The notes under the pieces: model-generated
The model's database searches: none
What the model was told of the DNA's origin: nothing
What the model saw: the letters and a program-made list of their open reading frames with translations, nothing else
Made by a program: the position numbers and the translations under genes
Shown here: piece by piece, positions 14,400 through 26,977 of the stretch
Position numbering within the stretch: the first letter of the stretch is position 1
Layout of the letters: each line of letters starts with the position of its first letter
From: Octopus vulgaris
Lineage: Eukaryota
Length of the DNA stretch: 64,000 nt
Direction: 5' to 3'
Assembly (NCBI GenBank): GCA_951406725.2
Contig: OX597826.1
Location: forward strand, 47,058,001 to 47,122,000

Positions 14400-14880
14400 T
14401 ATAATGGAGGAACTCCACTGTCCGATATTTGCTTGAAACTCTAGGAGCAATTCCTTCTCTTCGACTCACAGGTCTGCACTTAGGTACCATCCACTCTTGC
14501 CATTTTCGCAACTTTCATCCGCCTTTCAATAAACTCACTCGAGGACAGCACTTCCCTCTCTAATCTCAATTTCCTTTTCAAGTGAAACTTGAAGAATTCA
14601 ATGAGAGCTCTAGAAAAGAGGAATGTATCTGTTCTCATGCTTTTCAGCCTTGTCCACCAAACAACCTCTTTCGCCTCAACCACCAGGCAAAGGAAAACTG
14701 CCTTGACTACCCGATTGACGGAGGGCGGCGTTGCGATCATCACTCGTCCGACAGACGGATCCGTTCCCACACGTGACAACAGCTGTTCAGCATAACCCCA
14801 CAAGTCAGCAATGCCCGGACACTGAGCGAGGTCGTGCAGAACGGTTTCGTCACTCTGCGAACACCTCGCACAAGTCCGTC
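14400..14880 (-). mobile_element. L1/Tx1-type LINE ORF2 C-terminal remnant
   Basis: Translation RTCARCSQSDETVLHDLAQCPGIADLW...AKEVVWWTR matches the CxxC...ET..H....C......W zinc knuckle and W..R motif; stop at 14480. Confidence 0.75.
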
Positions 14881-15615
14881 TGACAGCAATAACAATAACA
14901 GCAACAACAATGACAACAACAACAGTAACAACAACAACAATAATAATAATAATAATGATAGATGCAGTACCAGACAGTAGTTCTCATGACTTCTCGTCTT
15001 AACTGATTGGAGTGTTATCATGTAAATCGTTTTGTGTTGGTATAAAAGCTACGTGGGCACCAGTTCAACCAACACTAGTTGAGAGTGCAGGGCATGCCAT
15101 CAAATTGACACTGGGGTTAAATACACGAAGCCCATACACGGTTTGTATATCTTAACTTTTCAAACCTCCGCGCAGACGCAAAACATACCCGGCGACAGAG
15201 AGCATGCCGGTAAAAAATTTTACGAACACATTTATCAAGTAATATGTAAACATAATCAAAAAGGGTAATAACATAAGTTATTATTACCAGTGGCCTAGCA
15301 CAAAAGACGAATTAGTCATTAGACAAAATATTATTCATATAGAAATATAATAAAAGGCTCCCAAATAAGGAAGCTTAGTGCTAGAGACAAAAAGAGGGAT
15401 AAATTCATGAAAAGAATGACAATCAAAAACATTTACCATTAAATATATATCCCAGACTGATCAGTTTCTACCTATTTCTAGCAAAACAGACAGAATATGT
15501 TTGCCAAGGCAAAGTTCGTCAGTTAGATCTACATGTGCTCTAACGCTCTGTGCATCTAAGATTAAGAAGGCTTCCCACTGACGAACCTTGCCTTGGCAAA
15601 CATATTATGATTATA

Positions 15616-15685
<70 letters not shown>

Positions 15686-15712
15686 GCTATTAATATTATT
15701 ATTAATAATAAT

Positions 15713-16002
15713 AAGGCAGCGAGTTGGCAGAATCGTTAGCACGCCGGACGAAATGCTTAGCGGCGTTTCATCTACTGCTACGTTCTGATTTCAAATTCCG
15801 CCGAAGTCGACTTTGCTTTTGTTTCTTTCGGGTTCGATAAATTGAGTACCAGTTTCAGTTTCTGTCTGCCAAACCCATTTACAAATCTTTGGTCTGCCCG
15901 AGACTATAGTAGAAAACACTTGCCCAATGAGCCACGTAGTAACACTGAACCCGGAACCATGTGGTTGGGAAGCAAGCTCCTTACCACACAGCCACTCCTG
16001 CG
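15713..16002. mobile_element. Convergent fusion of SINE A (+, 15713-15854) and SINE B head (-, 15855-16002)
   Basis: Matches other copies of each family in the window. Confidence 0.8.
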
Positions 16003-18088
16003 TGTATATATATATAACACATGTACCTGTGTGTGTATCACTATCGTCTTGCTTTCTCATCGCGTGATAGTTTTACTGATCTGTTTTCAGTTACCTTTCT
16101 GGAATTCTATCAGATGTTATCAATTACTGTTTAAATAATCTAGACTAACATATCTCCCCCTCTTTCTGTATCAGTTTATCTTTTCTCAGGCCTTTTTTTT
16201 CTATCTATTTCACTGAGACGCACACAGCACACATATGTATATATGTATGTGTTTATATTTGTATTTACGGCTGTGTATCGCTCTACGTGTGCATATATAT
16301 AGAACTATGAATAAATGTATATGTTTATGCGTACGTATCTGTATGTGTACAAGTTGTTTACATAGGTGTGGATGTGTATGTGAATTTGCAAATATTATAT
16401 GTGCACATGTGTGTGTGTGACGTGAATTGCGGTATGCTTCTATTTCAAACAAATTTTGTAGACACTTGGTGACAACTCCACACCTTCATCCACGATATGT
16501 GTCTTGCGAACGTAATTCGCGTCATTCGTAACTTCTTCAGTTCTGTTTTCTCATGCTCAGGTGTTTACTTCCGCAAGAAATGCAAATAAGCATTGGTCTG
16601 TCGGCCTTGTGAATCGTAATAAGAGGAATGAAAGGCGGGTAGCCACATAGGCCTTGACTGAAAGGTTTTCGGCTGAAGAATGGATGATTACAAGGGTTAG
16701 GTGACGGATGGTTGACCGCAGGATCGATGAGTGCAAATCATATTTGCACCCATCACATTTTCAACCACTTCGGTGCTCACCATCGGTCCATAATATACCT
16801 CAAAGATGACAACAAACCAAATTTCACACCGTCGCTAAGGTCCGTCTTCGTGTTCAGTAATCCTGTGTTTCGTGATCCTATTATATTATGCCAATTTCTG
16901 AAGAAGTATTCAATACACCAGTTTTGATTTTTTTTTTACCCGTTCTCAATCTCGAGATCCAGACATTCGGAGGCAACTTGTTCCACTCGATTGAATGAAC
17001 TCCAGATGATGTTTTGAAGACAAGAAAAATACCTGGTTCCTTTTTGCGATGCAAGAGTATATGAACGCTCTCTCTATGCTCGCCTTCGTATCGAAACCGT
17101 TACCATTGTGGTATTTTCCTCAGTCATATATCTCTGTTTCAGACACAGTATAACCGAATGATAACGAAATTTGCTTTACAACCTCGAGCAACCAAATTAG
17201 GTTCCAATGTGTGGCGTCTTGGATACTTGTCATTTACTATAGTCTCATGTCGAATTATCCCTTGTGAGTGAAATTCGGTAGATGGAAACTATACTGAAGA
17301 TCAAAGAGGGTTACGTATTTATGACTCAAACGATACAGCCTTGACACTCTTTGTCATGCCGAATCTGCCCAAAAGTGCTCAGTCAAACGTTAATTCAAAA
17401 GAGGCTAATTCAGTTGAACGTTCGACAGAATACTGATAGTCGAAAGACGGAGATCCGCCATATTTTCGCCAAGCAGATATTTTCTATAGTAAGCCATTCA
17501 TGTTTGGCACCCCACCAAAACCCTAGTTCTTTCACGTAAAACAGCTCATTCCTTCATTAAAAATGGCTTACTTTCATCGTTTTGAGAAAATGTGTTATAC
17601 GTACGTATGCATCTTTGAATATTTGTATGAGAATGTGTTTCAGTGCGTTTGAGTGTGTGCCATATAGTGGTTGTTATTGCTGTTAACACCACCGCACAAA
17701 TTGTTTAAATTGACATTTTAAACAAGTAAAATATTACTTTTTTGTGTACAATGCGTGGGAATTGCTGTAAAATTATGTTTTATTGTTTGTTCTTTGCGTA
17801 GTAGTGTTACTTTTCACTATTTCCCGCTTTCAAAGGGCGTTCCGCTGACAAGAAACCACATTGAGTTGAATATAAACAGAGAGAGTCTTGTAAAATTATA
17901 TTAAAAAATCACTGACCCTATGTACATACTGGAAGACTTTCAACAGTTGTCTTAAGGTTTTTTTTAAATGAAAATTAAATACGAACGAAATTATTTTCCT
18001 TCGGTTGTGGTTGGTGAAATTCAAAACGTCGGAGATAAATGATGGTGACGATAATGATAATGATAATGATAACAACAACAACAACATA

Positions 18089-18111
<23 letters not shown>

Positions 18112-18119
<8 letters not shown>

Positions 18120-18260
18120 TTACGCCCCCGTAACTTAGCGATTCGGCAAAAGAGACCGATAGAATAAGGCTTAAAAGAGAAGTCCTGGGATCGATTTCTT
18201 CGACTAAAACCTTTCAAGGCGTGTCCCACTATGGCCGCAGTCAAATGAGCAAAACAAATT
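18112..18260 (+). mobile_element. SINE family B, 3' fragment
   Basis: GTAACTTAGCGATTCGGCAAAAGAGACCGATAGAATAAG...ATGGCCGCAGTCAAATGA matches 51810-51950. Confidence 0.75.
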
Positions 18261-19635
18261 AGAGATAAAGGGTTAAAAAAAATTAATAAAAATAAAGAGA
18301 CTGGTTTTTACTCAGATGAGTGGGGCAAAGAAAAAAATTGTAGAGAACAGTGTATAAATTAGTCCAACTTATGTCAGCATAGAAAACGGTGATTAAAGAA
18401 CGATGATGTTGATGATGATGATAGAAATTACATAAATGTGTCACAGTATCTCCCCACAAATAAAGAACACCGCCACCTAGGGCTAATTAAAGAATCCCAC
18501 TAATCGTGGGCTGCAGTGAATACGATTCTGAAAGAAGATCCCTAAATTCGGGCTGTGCTCACCACTTCCATCTACAATTGCAACAAATTTACTTGAAGCC
18601 GTGCTCTCGTCTCGATCCTCATCTTATGCATCTCCAAGTAACCATTAACCATGGGTTGTTTTCAGTACTATTCTGAGACAAGGCCCCTTTACTCGGGGCA
18701 TGCGCACCACTCTCATCCACATTGCAACGAAATTACTAGATGGCAGTAACTCCTTCACCGTCGCTACTTTCCTTATCTGCATGTAGAACTTTACAAAAGT
18801 AAATAAATAAAACAATATGGACGAACTCTTACCGAAGCGTAAAAAGGAAGAAAAACACAGCCTTCCTTGAAATCTGCCTTCGTTTCCACCATATACCCCT
18901 TACACCACATTACCTCTTACACCATTGCAAATAATAATGCATTGGATGACGATTGACGAAGTCAAAAAACTAAAACGGAAATGACTGGTCATTGATGATG
19001 ATATCCGAGTTGTTTAGTGAAGCTGAAAGGTGTATTTGTAATGAAAAACAGGACATATAGAAATCTTTAGCACTTCCTTCCTGTTTCTTCACAGAACTAC
19101 AGACTTCGAGCTGAATTTAAGCATCTATATTTGATCAAATCTGCGTAGGGATGTCGCTAAATACTAATTTAAGAAAAGAAGTGCGGAATATAGTGTGATG
19201 GTGTGTACATGTGGAGAAGAAAGTGAGAGAATAGTTAGATAGATACAAACATACATACGTAGAGAGTGGTAATGATGTTCATGACAGATGCTCACTGTAA
19301 GCCATAATAGTAAAATATTGGCAGGTAGAGAATTAGCGACGAATTTCGGGTATCATTAAGGTGGAGGATGGACGGTGACAATAACACCCACCTACGAACA
19401 CCCGTATATGCATACATAAATATGGATATAAGCGTGCGTGTTTAGAATCGCGGATGTATTGGTTGTTTGTATATGTATATGTGTATAAAAACTTTATAAA
19501 GGTACACACACACACTCACATACATACATACACGCACACAAACTCACAACGCAAAACAACACACACAATAATGGACATATACATCATCGTGTACGTTCAT
19601 GTATATGCTTTCATCTATATCTATAGATATATGTA

Positions 19636-19710
<75 letters not shown>

Positions 19711-19760
19711 TACTTATCTACGTATCTATATATATACATATGTATATATATGTATATATG

Positions 19761-19822
<62 letters not shown>

Positions 19823-19840
19823 AGATAGATAGATAGATAT

Positions 19841-19902
<62 letters not shown>

Positions 19903-20109
19903 TGATAGATAGATATATATAGATATAGATATAGATATATATATAGATAGATAGGTATAGAAAGAGATTCATGAATCTCAAACAGTACTCATACAGAGAG
20001 CTCAAACACATGCGTCCACGCAAACTTTCTCTCTTTCTCTTCGTCTCTCTCTCTCTTTCTCTATCTCTCTCTCTTTCTCTCTCTCTCCCTCTCTTTCTTT
20101 CTCTCTCTC

Positions 20110-20153
<44 letters not shown>

Positions 20154-20308
20154 GTAAATAACGAACAAAAGAAACAAAAGAATAACAGAAAAGTGCTCAA
20201 TGTAAAGCGTATGCCATGATTATATTTATGTGGCAGTGCCGTGTAACGTTACTTATGTTTCACGTTTACAACTTGCTTAATGCAAGATATTGATTTGAAG
20301 TGTCCTTG

Positions 20309-20666
20309 TATACATACATACATACATACATACATACATACATACATACATACATACGTACATACATACATACATACATACATACATACATACATACATA
20401 CATACATACATACATACGTACGTACATACATACATATGTACATACATACATGCATATATACATGCATACATACATACCTAAATACTCACATGCATACATA
20501 CATATGTACATACATACATACATACTTACATACATACATACATATATACATCCATACATACATACATACATACATACATGCATACATACATATATACATA
20601 CATACATATATACATACGTACATACATACATACGTACATACATACATACATACATACATATATACG

Positions 20667-20697
<31 letters not shown>

Positions 20698-20790
20698 GTA
20701 CATACATACATACTTACATACGTACATACATACATACATACATACATATGTACATACATATATGCATGGCTACAAGCATGCATACATGCA
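20309..20790. repeat. (TACA)n microsatellite array
   Basis: Direct reading; source of the IHTY/MYVC ORFs. Confidence 0.95.
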
Positions 20791-21991
20791 TTAATAAATA
20801 CTTAATACATGTGTGGTGCATGTGTGTGTTTGTATGTATATATGTGTCTGGATTCACCTTACTCTTTCTGCTTCCATTCCATACATTCGCTTATACATAC
20901 TTGCTTACATACATAAATACTCACACACATACTCACATACACACATACACGTATTTATATGTGTGTGATTCCTACGTGCGTTTTTGCATGTGTATGTGCA
21001 TGCGTGTGTGTATAGAAAGACACAGATGTATATAAATATATATACATATATATACACGTATGTATATATATAGACACACATATGTATATATATAGACACA
21101 CATATGTACATATGTACACACACATATTCACACACGCATATATTTATAAAGAATGATATAGGAAAGGCTAGATAGATATGTAAATTGTATATACACAAAT
21201 AATTATATAATTTATCGAAGATGCTACTCACACACACACATATACTTACTCGTACACACAAAACACACGCACACAAATATTTACATGGACCCCGTACAAG
21301 AATCGCTAAACATACACTTACTTGCACACATTAGCATTAGATACACGTTTACGAAACGATAAAAACATTAAGTTTTCACTCGAAGGAAACAAGCTTAAAC
21401 GCAATAAGGTGTAAGAAAACTTACATGCCTGTTTGACACTACTGATGAAAAGAATGGTAAATAATGGCTCCAATGAGGTGGTGTGCCGTAAAACAGAAAC
21501 TATTTTGCTCTTTAAATGAACAGATATAGTGATCTAGAACAGGAAAAATTGCTATAATTTGCAGTGTATGAAGCGACCAAAATGACCAGCCATATGCGCG
21601 GAAGTCAGTGAAACTGTATAAATTACCAGTCGTGCCGTCTCTGAAATTGAAGTGAATATCTTTAGGCTTTTGTTAACGGCCATTCTACTCTGCTAAGAAT
21701 CCTCTCCTCGAGCGCACCGCCATAGTCCGCCCCGCCCTAAGCTAATATCCGTAATACTGAGAATACTGAACCAGAATAATTATAATTGCAGGTCTTTTCC
21801 CCCTGTTCCGAAGACAACTGATGACAGATTTCTTCTTCTTCTTCTTCTTCTTCTTCTTCTTCTTCTTCTTCTTCTTCTTCTTCTTCTTCTTCTTCTTCAT
21901 GCCGAAGGACAGCAACGGAACTATATAATGATGGTTCTTTACGGTTAACAACGTCGTCATTATCATCACCATCATCATCATCATCATCACT

Positions 21992-22046
<55 letters not shown>

Positions 22047-22200
22047 CTATCATCACCATCATCATCATCATTATAGGTATCGTCATCATCATCGTGAACG
22101 TAGGTATCATCCTTCTTTTTCTCCTCCTTTTCTTCACCACCGTAATCATTGCCATTATCATTACCACCATTATCATCATCATCAACAACAATAAAAATAA

Positions 22201-22398
22201 TTTCTGACTTAGGCGCAAGGCTAGTGTGATTTTGAAGGGAGGAGATTAGAAGATATTATCGATCCCAATAGTTGACTGGTACCTTTCATTTTATCGACCC
22301 CGTAAAGATTGAATGTTGCAGTTAACCTCAGTGGGATTTGAACTCAGGACATGAAGTGCAATTATTTCCTTCGACATTCTTACAATTCAGCCAATTCT
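22201..22398 (-). mobile_element. Diverged SINE family A copy
   Basis: TTTTATCGACCCCGTAAAGATTGAA...CCTCAGTGGGATTTGAACTCAG. Confidence 0.7.
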
Positions 22399-22532
22399 TC
22401 AATAAATTTTAAACCACCAGTAAACTATACTAAATGAATTACACTAACAAAATATAGAACTAAACTCTTCGAACTAATAATATACACATGTATTGGTTTT
22501 ATTGGACTCCTTTTTTGTTATTATTCATATCT

Positions 22533-22866
22533 GAGACCTCCTTCGGTCACGACACTGACCGTGGGATTGCACCTAGAAAGTTACCCTTCCAGGCACAAGT
22601 CCGTCGAAGGTTGTTTTTATGGAAGACCAGCAGTCAACCATACATACCGGCCTCCCTTCTCCACGCCACCAGTGTTATCGAAGGGAAAGGCAAGGGCCGA
22701 TACAGCTTGGCACCTGTGACGTCGCAACTCATTTCGACAGCTGAGTGAACTGGAGCAACATGAAATAAAGTGTCTTGCTCAAGAACACAGCACGCAACCC
22801 GGTCCGGGATTCGAACTCACAACCTCACGATCGTAAGCTCGACGCTCTAACCACTGAGCCATGCGC
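22533..22866 (-). mobile_element. tRNA-derived SINE, family D
   Basis: Head GCGCATGGCTCAGTGGTTAGAGCGTCGAGCTTACGATCGTGAGGTTGTGAGTTCGAATCCC (A and B boxes); second copy at 36925-37222. Confidence 0.85.
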
Positions 22867-22934
22867 ATATACACACATTAGAAAAGACTGTTGGAAAAGG
22901 AAAAAATCCTAACATCGGGCAGCAACAAGTAAGT

Positions 22935-23227
22935 TTAAATGTCAACAACACTTCTAAGTATCCTAGCTGTACCCAGCAACACTGTTTTCTGGTGCTGTAA
23001 TAAACTGGGTTTAATGCCTATTTCTTCTATCCATCTGTTCGAATCTTTAGGGATATTTCCTAATGCACCTAGAACTACTGGGATACAGTTTACCCGCACT
23101 TTCCATAGTCTCTCTAATTCAACGGCTAGGTATTTGTAATTTGCTATTTTTTCTATACCTTTCATATTGATCTTTTCATCTTTTGGGACTGTAAAATCAA
23201 TTATCTGGCACATTCTATTGCATTTAT

Positions 23228-23296
<69 letters not shown>

Positions 23297-24345
23297 AATC
23301 AGACATTCTAGCTTCTATTACTCTGTCAGTCTGAATGTTAAAGACCCACAACATTATATATTTCTTACTTTCTAGTACTTTACTATGTTCATATTCATAC
23401 CATTTATCAATATGTTCAAATCCTAGCTTTCTACATAACTCTTAGCGGATTACTCTCCCACAGTTGTCCTGTCTTTTCTTGTAATCTTTCTGTGCCAGCA
23501 AGCTACATTCACTTACAGTATGAATAAAGCTTTCCGCTTTTGATTTGTATAACTTACATTGGGAATCTACTTGGTTTTTGTCTATCTTGGTTTTTATCCA
23601 ATTAGTCCTTAATTCTTGATCTTGTGCTGCTATTAACAAACTTCCTGTCTCCCTTTTCAGCCTTCCTTTCTGCACTCATAACCATGTCGCACTATAACTA
23701 TTTGTTGAAACTATGTTTGTGAATCTACCATGAAAAGCCTTCTTCTACCATTCAGATAACTTCTGTTCTTTTTTTTTTGTTTTTAACTTCTTTGGGGCTT
23801 TTGGTTTCCCGATGCCTTGCTATGACTCCAGCATAGGAGTCTATATCTACTCTAGCTAACTCTACGCAGTCTTCTGATATCAACCGTCTTCCGGATTCCT
23901 TTCTAGGTAAGTATAGTCTTCCTACTCCTGCACTTGGGTGGAGTCCTCCATTCATATTGAATTCCTTCCTAGTTCTTCTGTTGAGCTTTGCCAATTCAGT
24001 TTTTGTCCAATCTACAACAACTGCTGAATATCTAAGTAATGATATTGCTCAAGTATTTACAGCCTTCCCTAGATTCGGACTATTTAGCTTTGACTTCATT
24101 AGCTTCCTTATCCTTCTGATGTACTCCGTCTCAATTTTCATTTTCTTTTCTACAGTTAGTACTCTGTCAGTTTCTAATATTCCTAGATACTTATAACTCT
24201 CTCCTTTCAATGATTTTATATCTGGTCATCTGGTAATTGGATGCCTTCGCTGTTGACTACCTGTCCCCTTCTCATGACTAATATTGCACAGTTATCAATG
24301 CCATATTCCATGCATATATCTATGCTGAAGAGTCTTACTTTTGCC
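22935..24345 (-). mobile_element. 5'-truncated, frameshifted R4/Dong-type non-LTR retrotransposon (RT C-terminus, CCHC region, restriction-like endonuclease)
   Basis: KYLGILE...RLYLPRKESGRRL; LIAAQDQELRT...C....ESFIHTVSECS; IQTDRVIEAR.SDLVVV..DK...IIDF...YKYLAVELERLWK...IPVVLGALG...QKTVLLGTARILR. Confidence 0.9.
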
Positions 24346-24849
24346 ACCGAGTGAAAAGGGACCTGATCGCGTCGATTTCACTACAACATCATATTCGATT
24401 CTGCTTTCTGCATTCTGCTGTCTTTGAGAATTTAACTAAGCAATATCATTAGAGAATCTAAAACGGGTGATTAATTTTATTTAATCTATGATACTTATTT
24501 CATTGTTAGAAGGAAGCTAAACAAATGTTGAATTAGTAAAGTTTCTACTTCTTCGATGTTATCATTGGTTTTATAAATTGACGATATATCAAATGGAACA
24601 TGAAATGGCTGGTAGTGGAATTAAGTAACAACGGGTAAATAGAGTGACACCTGATGAATAAGGAATAACAGGAGTTAAGTAAGAATGAAGTGTGAGTAAA
24701 GTACATGAAGAACAATTAATAAATTCGAATCGAAATATTCTTGCTGCATAGAATAACAAATCTGAGCGCACAAGAAAATATGGTTAGGTATTGTGTGTTA
24801 CCACTGTAACTGAATTTAGTGATATGGTGCAGTGGCTGGAATACTCGTT

Positions 24850-25248
24850 TTCCTTCATTTGTTTCAGTCATTTGACTGCGGCCATGCTGGGGCACAGCCT
24901 TAAAGAGGTTTTAGTTGAAGAAATCGACTTATTCTTTATAATCCGAGTACTTATTCTGTCGGTCTCTTTTGCCGAATCGCTAAGTTACGGGAACATAAAC
25001 ACACCAACATCGGTTGTCAAGCTATGGTGAGCGGACAAACAGACACAAAGATGCATGTACACACACACACACTTACACACGCATACATACACATGTATAC
25101 ATGACAGACATTTTTTTAGTTTCCGTTTTCGAAATCCCCTCACAAAGCTTTGGTCCACCCAAGGCTATTATAGAAGACACTTGCCCAATATGCCATGCAT
25201 TAGGACTGAATCCGGAGCCATGTAGTTGAGAAGCAAGCTTCTTGCCAC
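24850..25248 (-). mobile_element. tRNA-derived SINE, family B
   Basis: Near full-length match to 45495-45860 and 51562-51970. Confidence 0.85.
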
Positions 25249-25267
25249 AAATATATATAAAAAAAAC

Positions 25268-26314
25268 AACTTACTTGTTTTTCTAAAATGCACCATAAAT
25301 CTTCAATAATAATGAGATCTGGGAACTGTTGTGACCAGATAAGATATTCAACTTCACTAGAATGTTCCTCGCGCCATTAAGTAACAGCTTAAGCTGTGTG
25401 AATTGGTGCATTAGCACCCTGAAAGATTGCGTTTCCCTCAGGAAACAGTTCTACAACAACATGATGATTTTGGTCATATAAAATGCTTAAATAGTCTTGA
25501 CTATTAATTCTGCATTGAAGGGCAACCATGGGACCGGCGAATTTCCAAGATATAGCTCCACATATCATCAAAGATCTTCCCCCATCTTTAACAGTTAGAG
25601 AAAACAGTCTGGGTCAAATGCTCCTTTTGGCTGTCTCCACACGTATACTCGGCCGGTAGTCGGAAATAAGGTAAAGTATAACTCGTCCGAGAAAATAACA
25701 TTCTTCCACTGCTCTAGGGACCAATTCTGTAGGTTTTTACTCCACTCTAAACGCTTTGCAGCTTTTCTTTTTGAAAGTAGTGGTTTTCTGATTACAGCCC
25801 TTCCCGTGAACTCCGGCTTTGTGCAGCACCCGTCAAACAGTTTTTGTGGAAACTGGAGTCTCGGGGTGGTCATTAATCTCTGCAGTGATTTTGGGAGCTG
25901 TACTTTTGTGATCGTTTCTAACAATTCGCAGAAGAGTCGGAAGATTTTGGTGTACTTCTGGAGTTTTGTTTTGACGAGGAGGTTTTTCCCACTTTCTCGA
26001 AGGCTGTCATTACTTTCGAGACAGTACGTCTTGATACGCCAAACATTTCGGCTGTTAACGTTACGCTAGCGCTTGCTATACGAGCAACAACAATTTGACC
26101 TCTTTTAAAGTCCGAAAGATATGTCATTTTAATTAATTTTAATTACTTTTTCTGATGATATCTGAAAAGTAGCAGCAATTTTAGCAAAACTTATTAAGCA
26201 ACAGTAATAATAAATAAAAATCATAAAAATAAACAAGCTTTTGACGGTTTTATAGATATTTCAAAATTATGATTCTATGATGCTAGGTGTTTCCATTATT
26301 TTGTCCAACCCCTG
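25268..26314 (-). mobile_element. Decayed Tc1-family DNA transposon (DDE transposase pseudogene, one TIR)
   Basis: Terminus CAGGGGTTGGACAAAATAATGGAAACACC at 26314; frameshifted ORF MTYLSDFKRGQIV...RKPLLS...WKNVIFSDE...FQGANAPIH...PDLIIIEDLW. Confidence 0.9.
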
Positions 26315-26745
26315 AATATAGATATAGAAATAGTTAGATACACATATATACACATATATATATATGCATATAATACATATGTAATATATATTTGTTATAT
26401 ATTTGTGTGCGAGTATAGGTGAATATGCTTTTTATCTTGATAACAATAAAAAATGCTATGACCAAATAAAGGAGCCTCAACAAGAAATGACAGCAAAATT
26501 TCTTCAAATCATACACTACCGTTTGAAAATGAAGGACGGAGGAATCATTAGATGCTGATGTTCGAGATACTTTGTAAAAAATGTGACGGGCACGACTGGA
26601 ACGTCTTTGATAACTGGTCTACTCGATCGGAGTTATCCTATGCTTAAGCACCATTAAAAAAAAATACCATCAATAATAATATCTTTGACAAAGTGACTGA
26701 ATGAGTTATTTGTAAGTAACAACAATTTTAGAGTCAAGGTATTTC

Positions 26746-26977
26746 TATTTCTTTACTATCCACAAGGGGCTAAACACAGAGGGGACAAACAAAGACAGAC
26801 AAAGTTTAAGTCGATTACATCGACTCCAGTGCATAACTGGTACTTAATTTATCGACCCCAAAAGGATGAAAGGTAAAGTCGACCTCGGCGGAATTTGAAC
26901 TCAGAACGTAACGGCAGATGAAACACGGCTACGCATTTCGCCCGGCGTGCTAACGTTTCTGCCAGCTCGCCGCCTTA
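26746..26977 (-). mobile_element. SINE family A (alternative tail) with 19-bp target-site duplication
   Basis: TTTAGAGTCAAGGTATTTC (26727-26745) and TTTAGGGTCAAGGTATTTC (26978-26996) flank the element. Confidence 0.9.

Noticed and set aside
16460-17120. GC-richer non-repetitive block resembling decayed coding sequence
   Set aside because: I could not recognise any protein motif in the frames examined.
20249-21035. 251-aa IHTY-repeat ORF and similar YI/HT/CV ORFs across the window
   Set aside because: Pure (TACA)n, (TA)n and (CA)n repeats lack stop codons by composition.
22790-22866. tRNA-like sequence with A and B boxes
   Set aside because: It continues into a SINE body with other copies in the window, so it is a SINE head rather than a tRNA gene.
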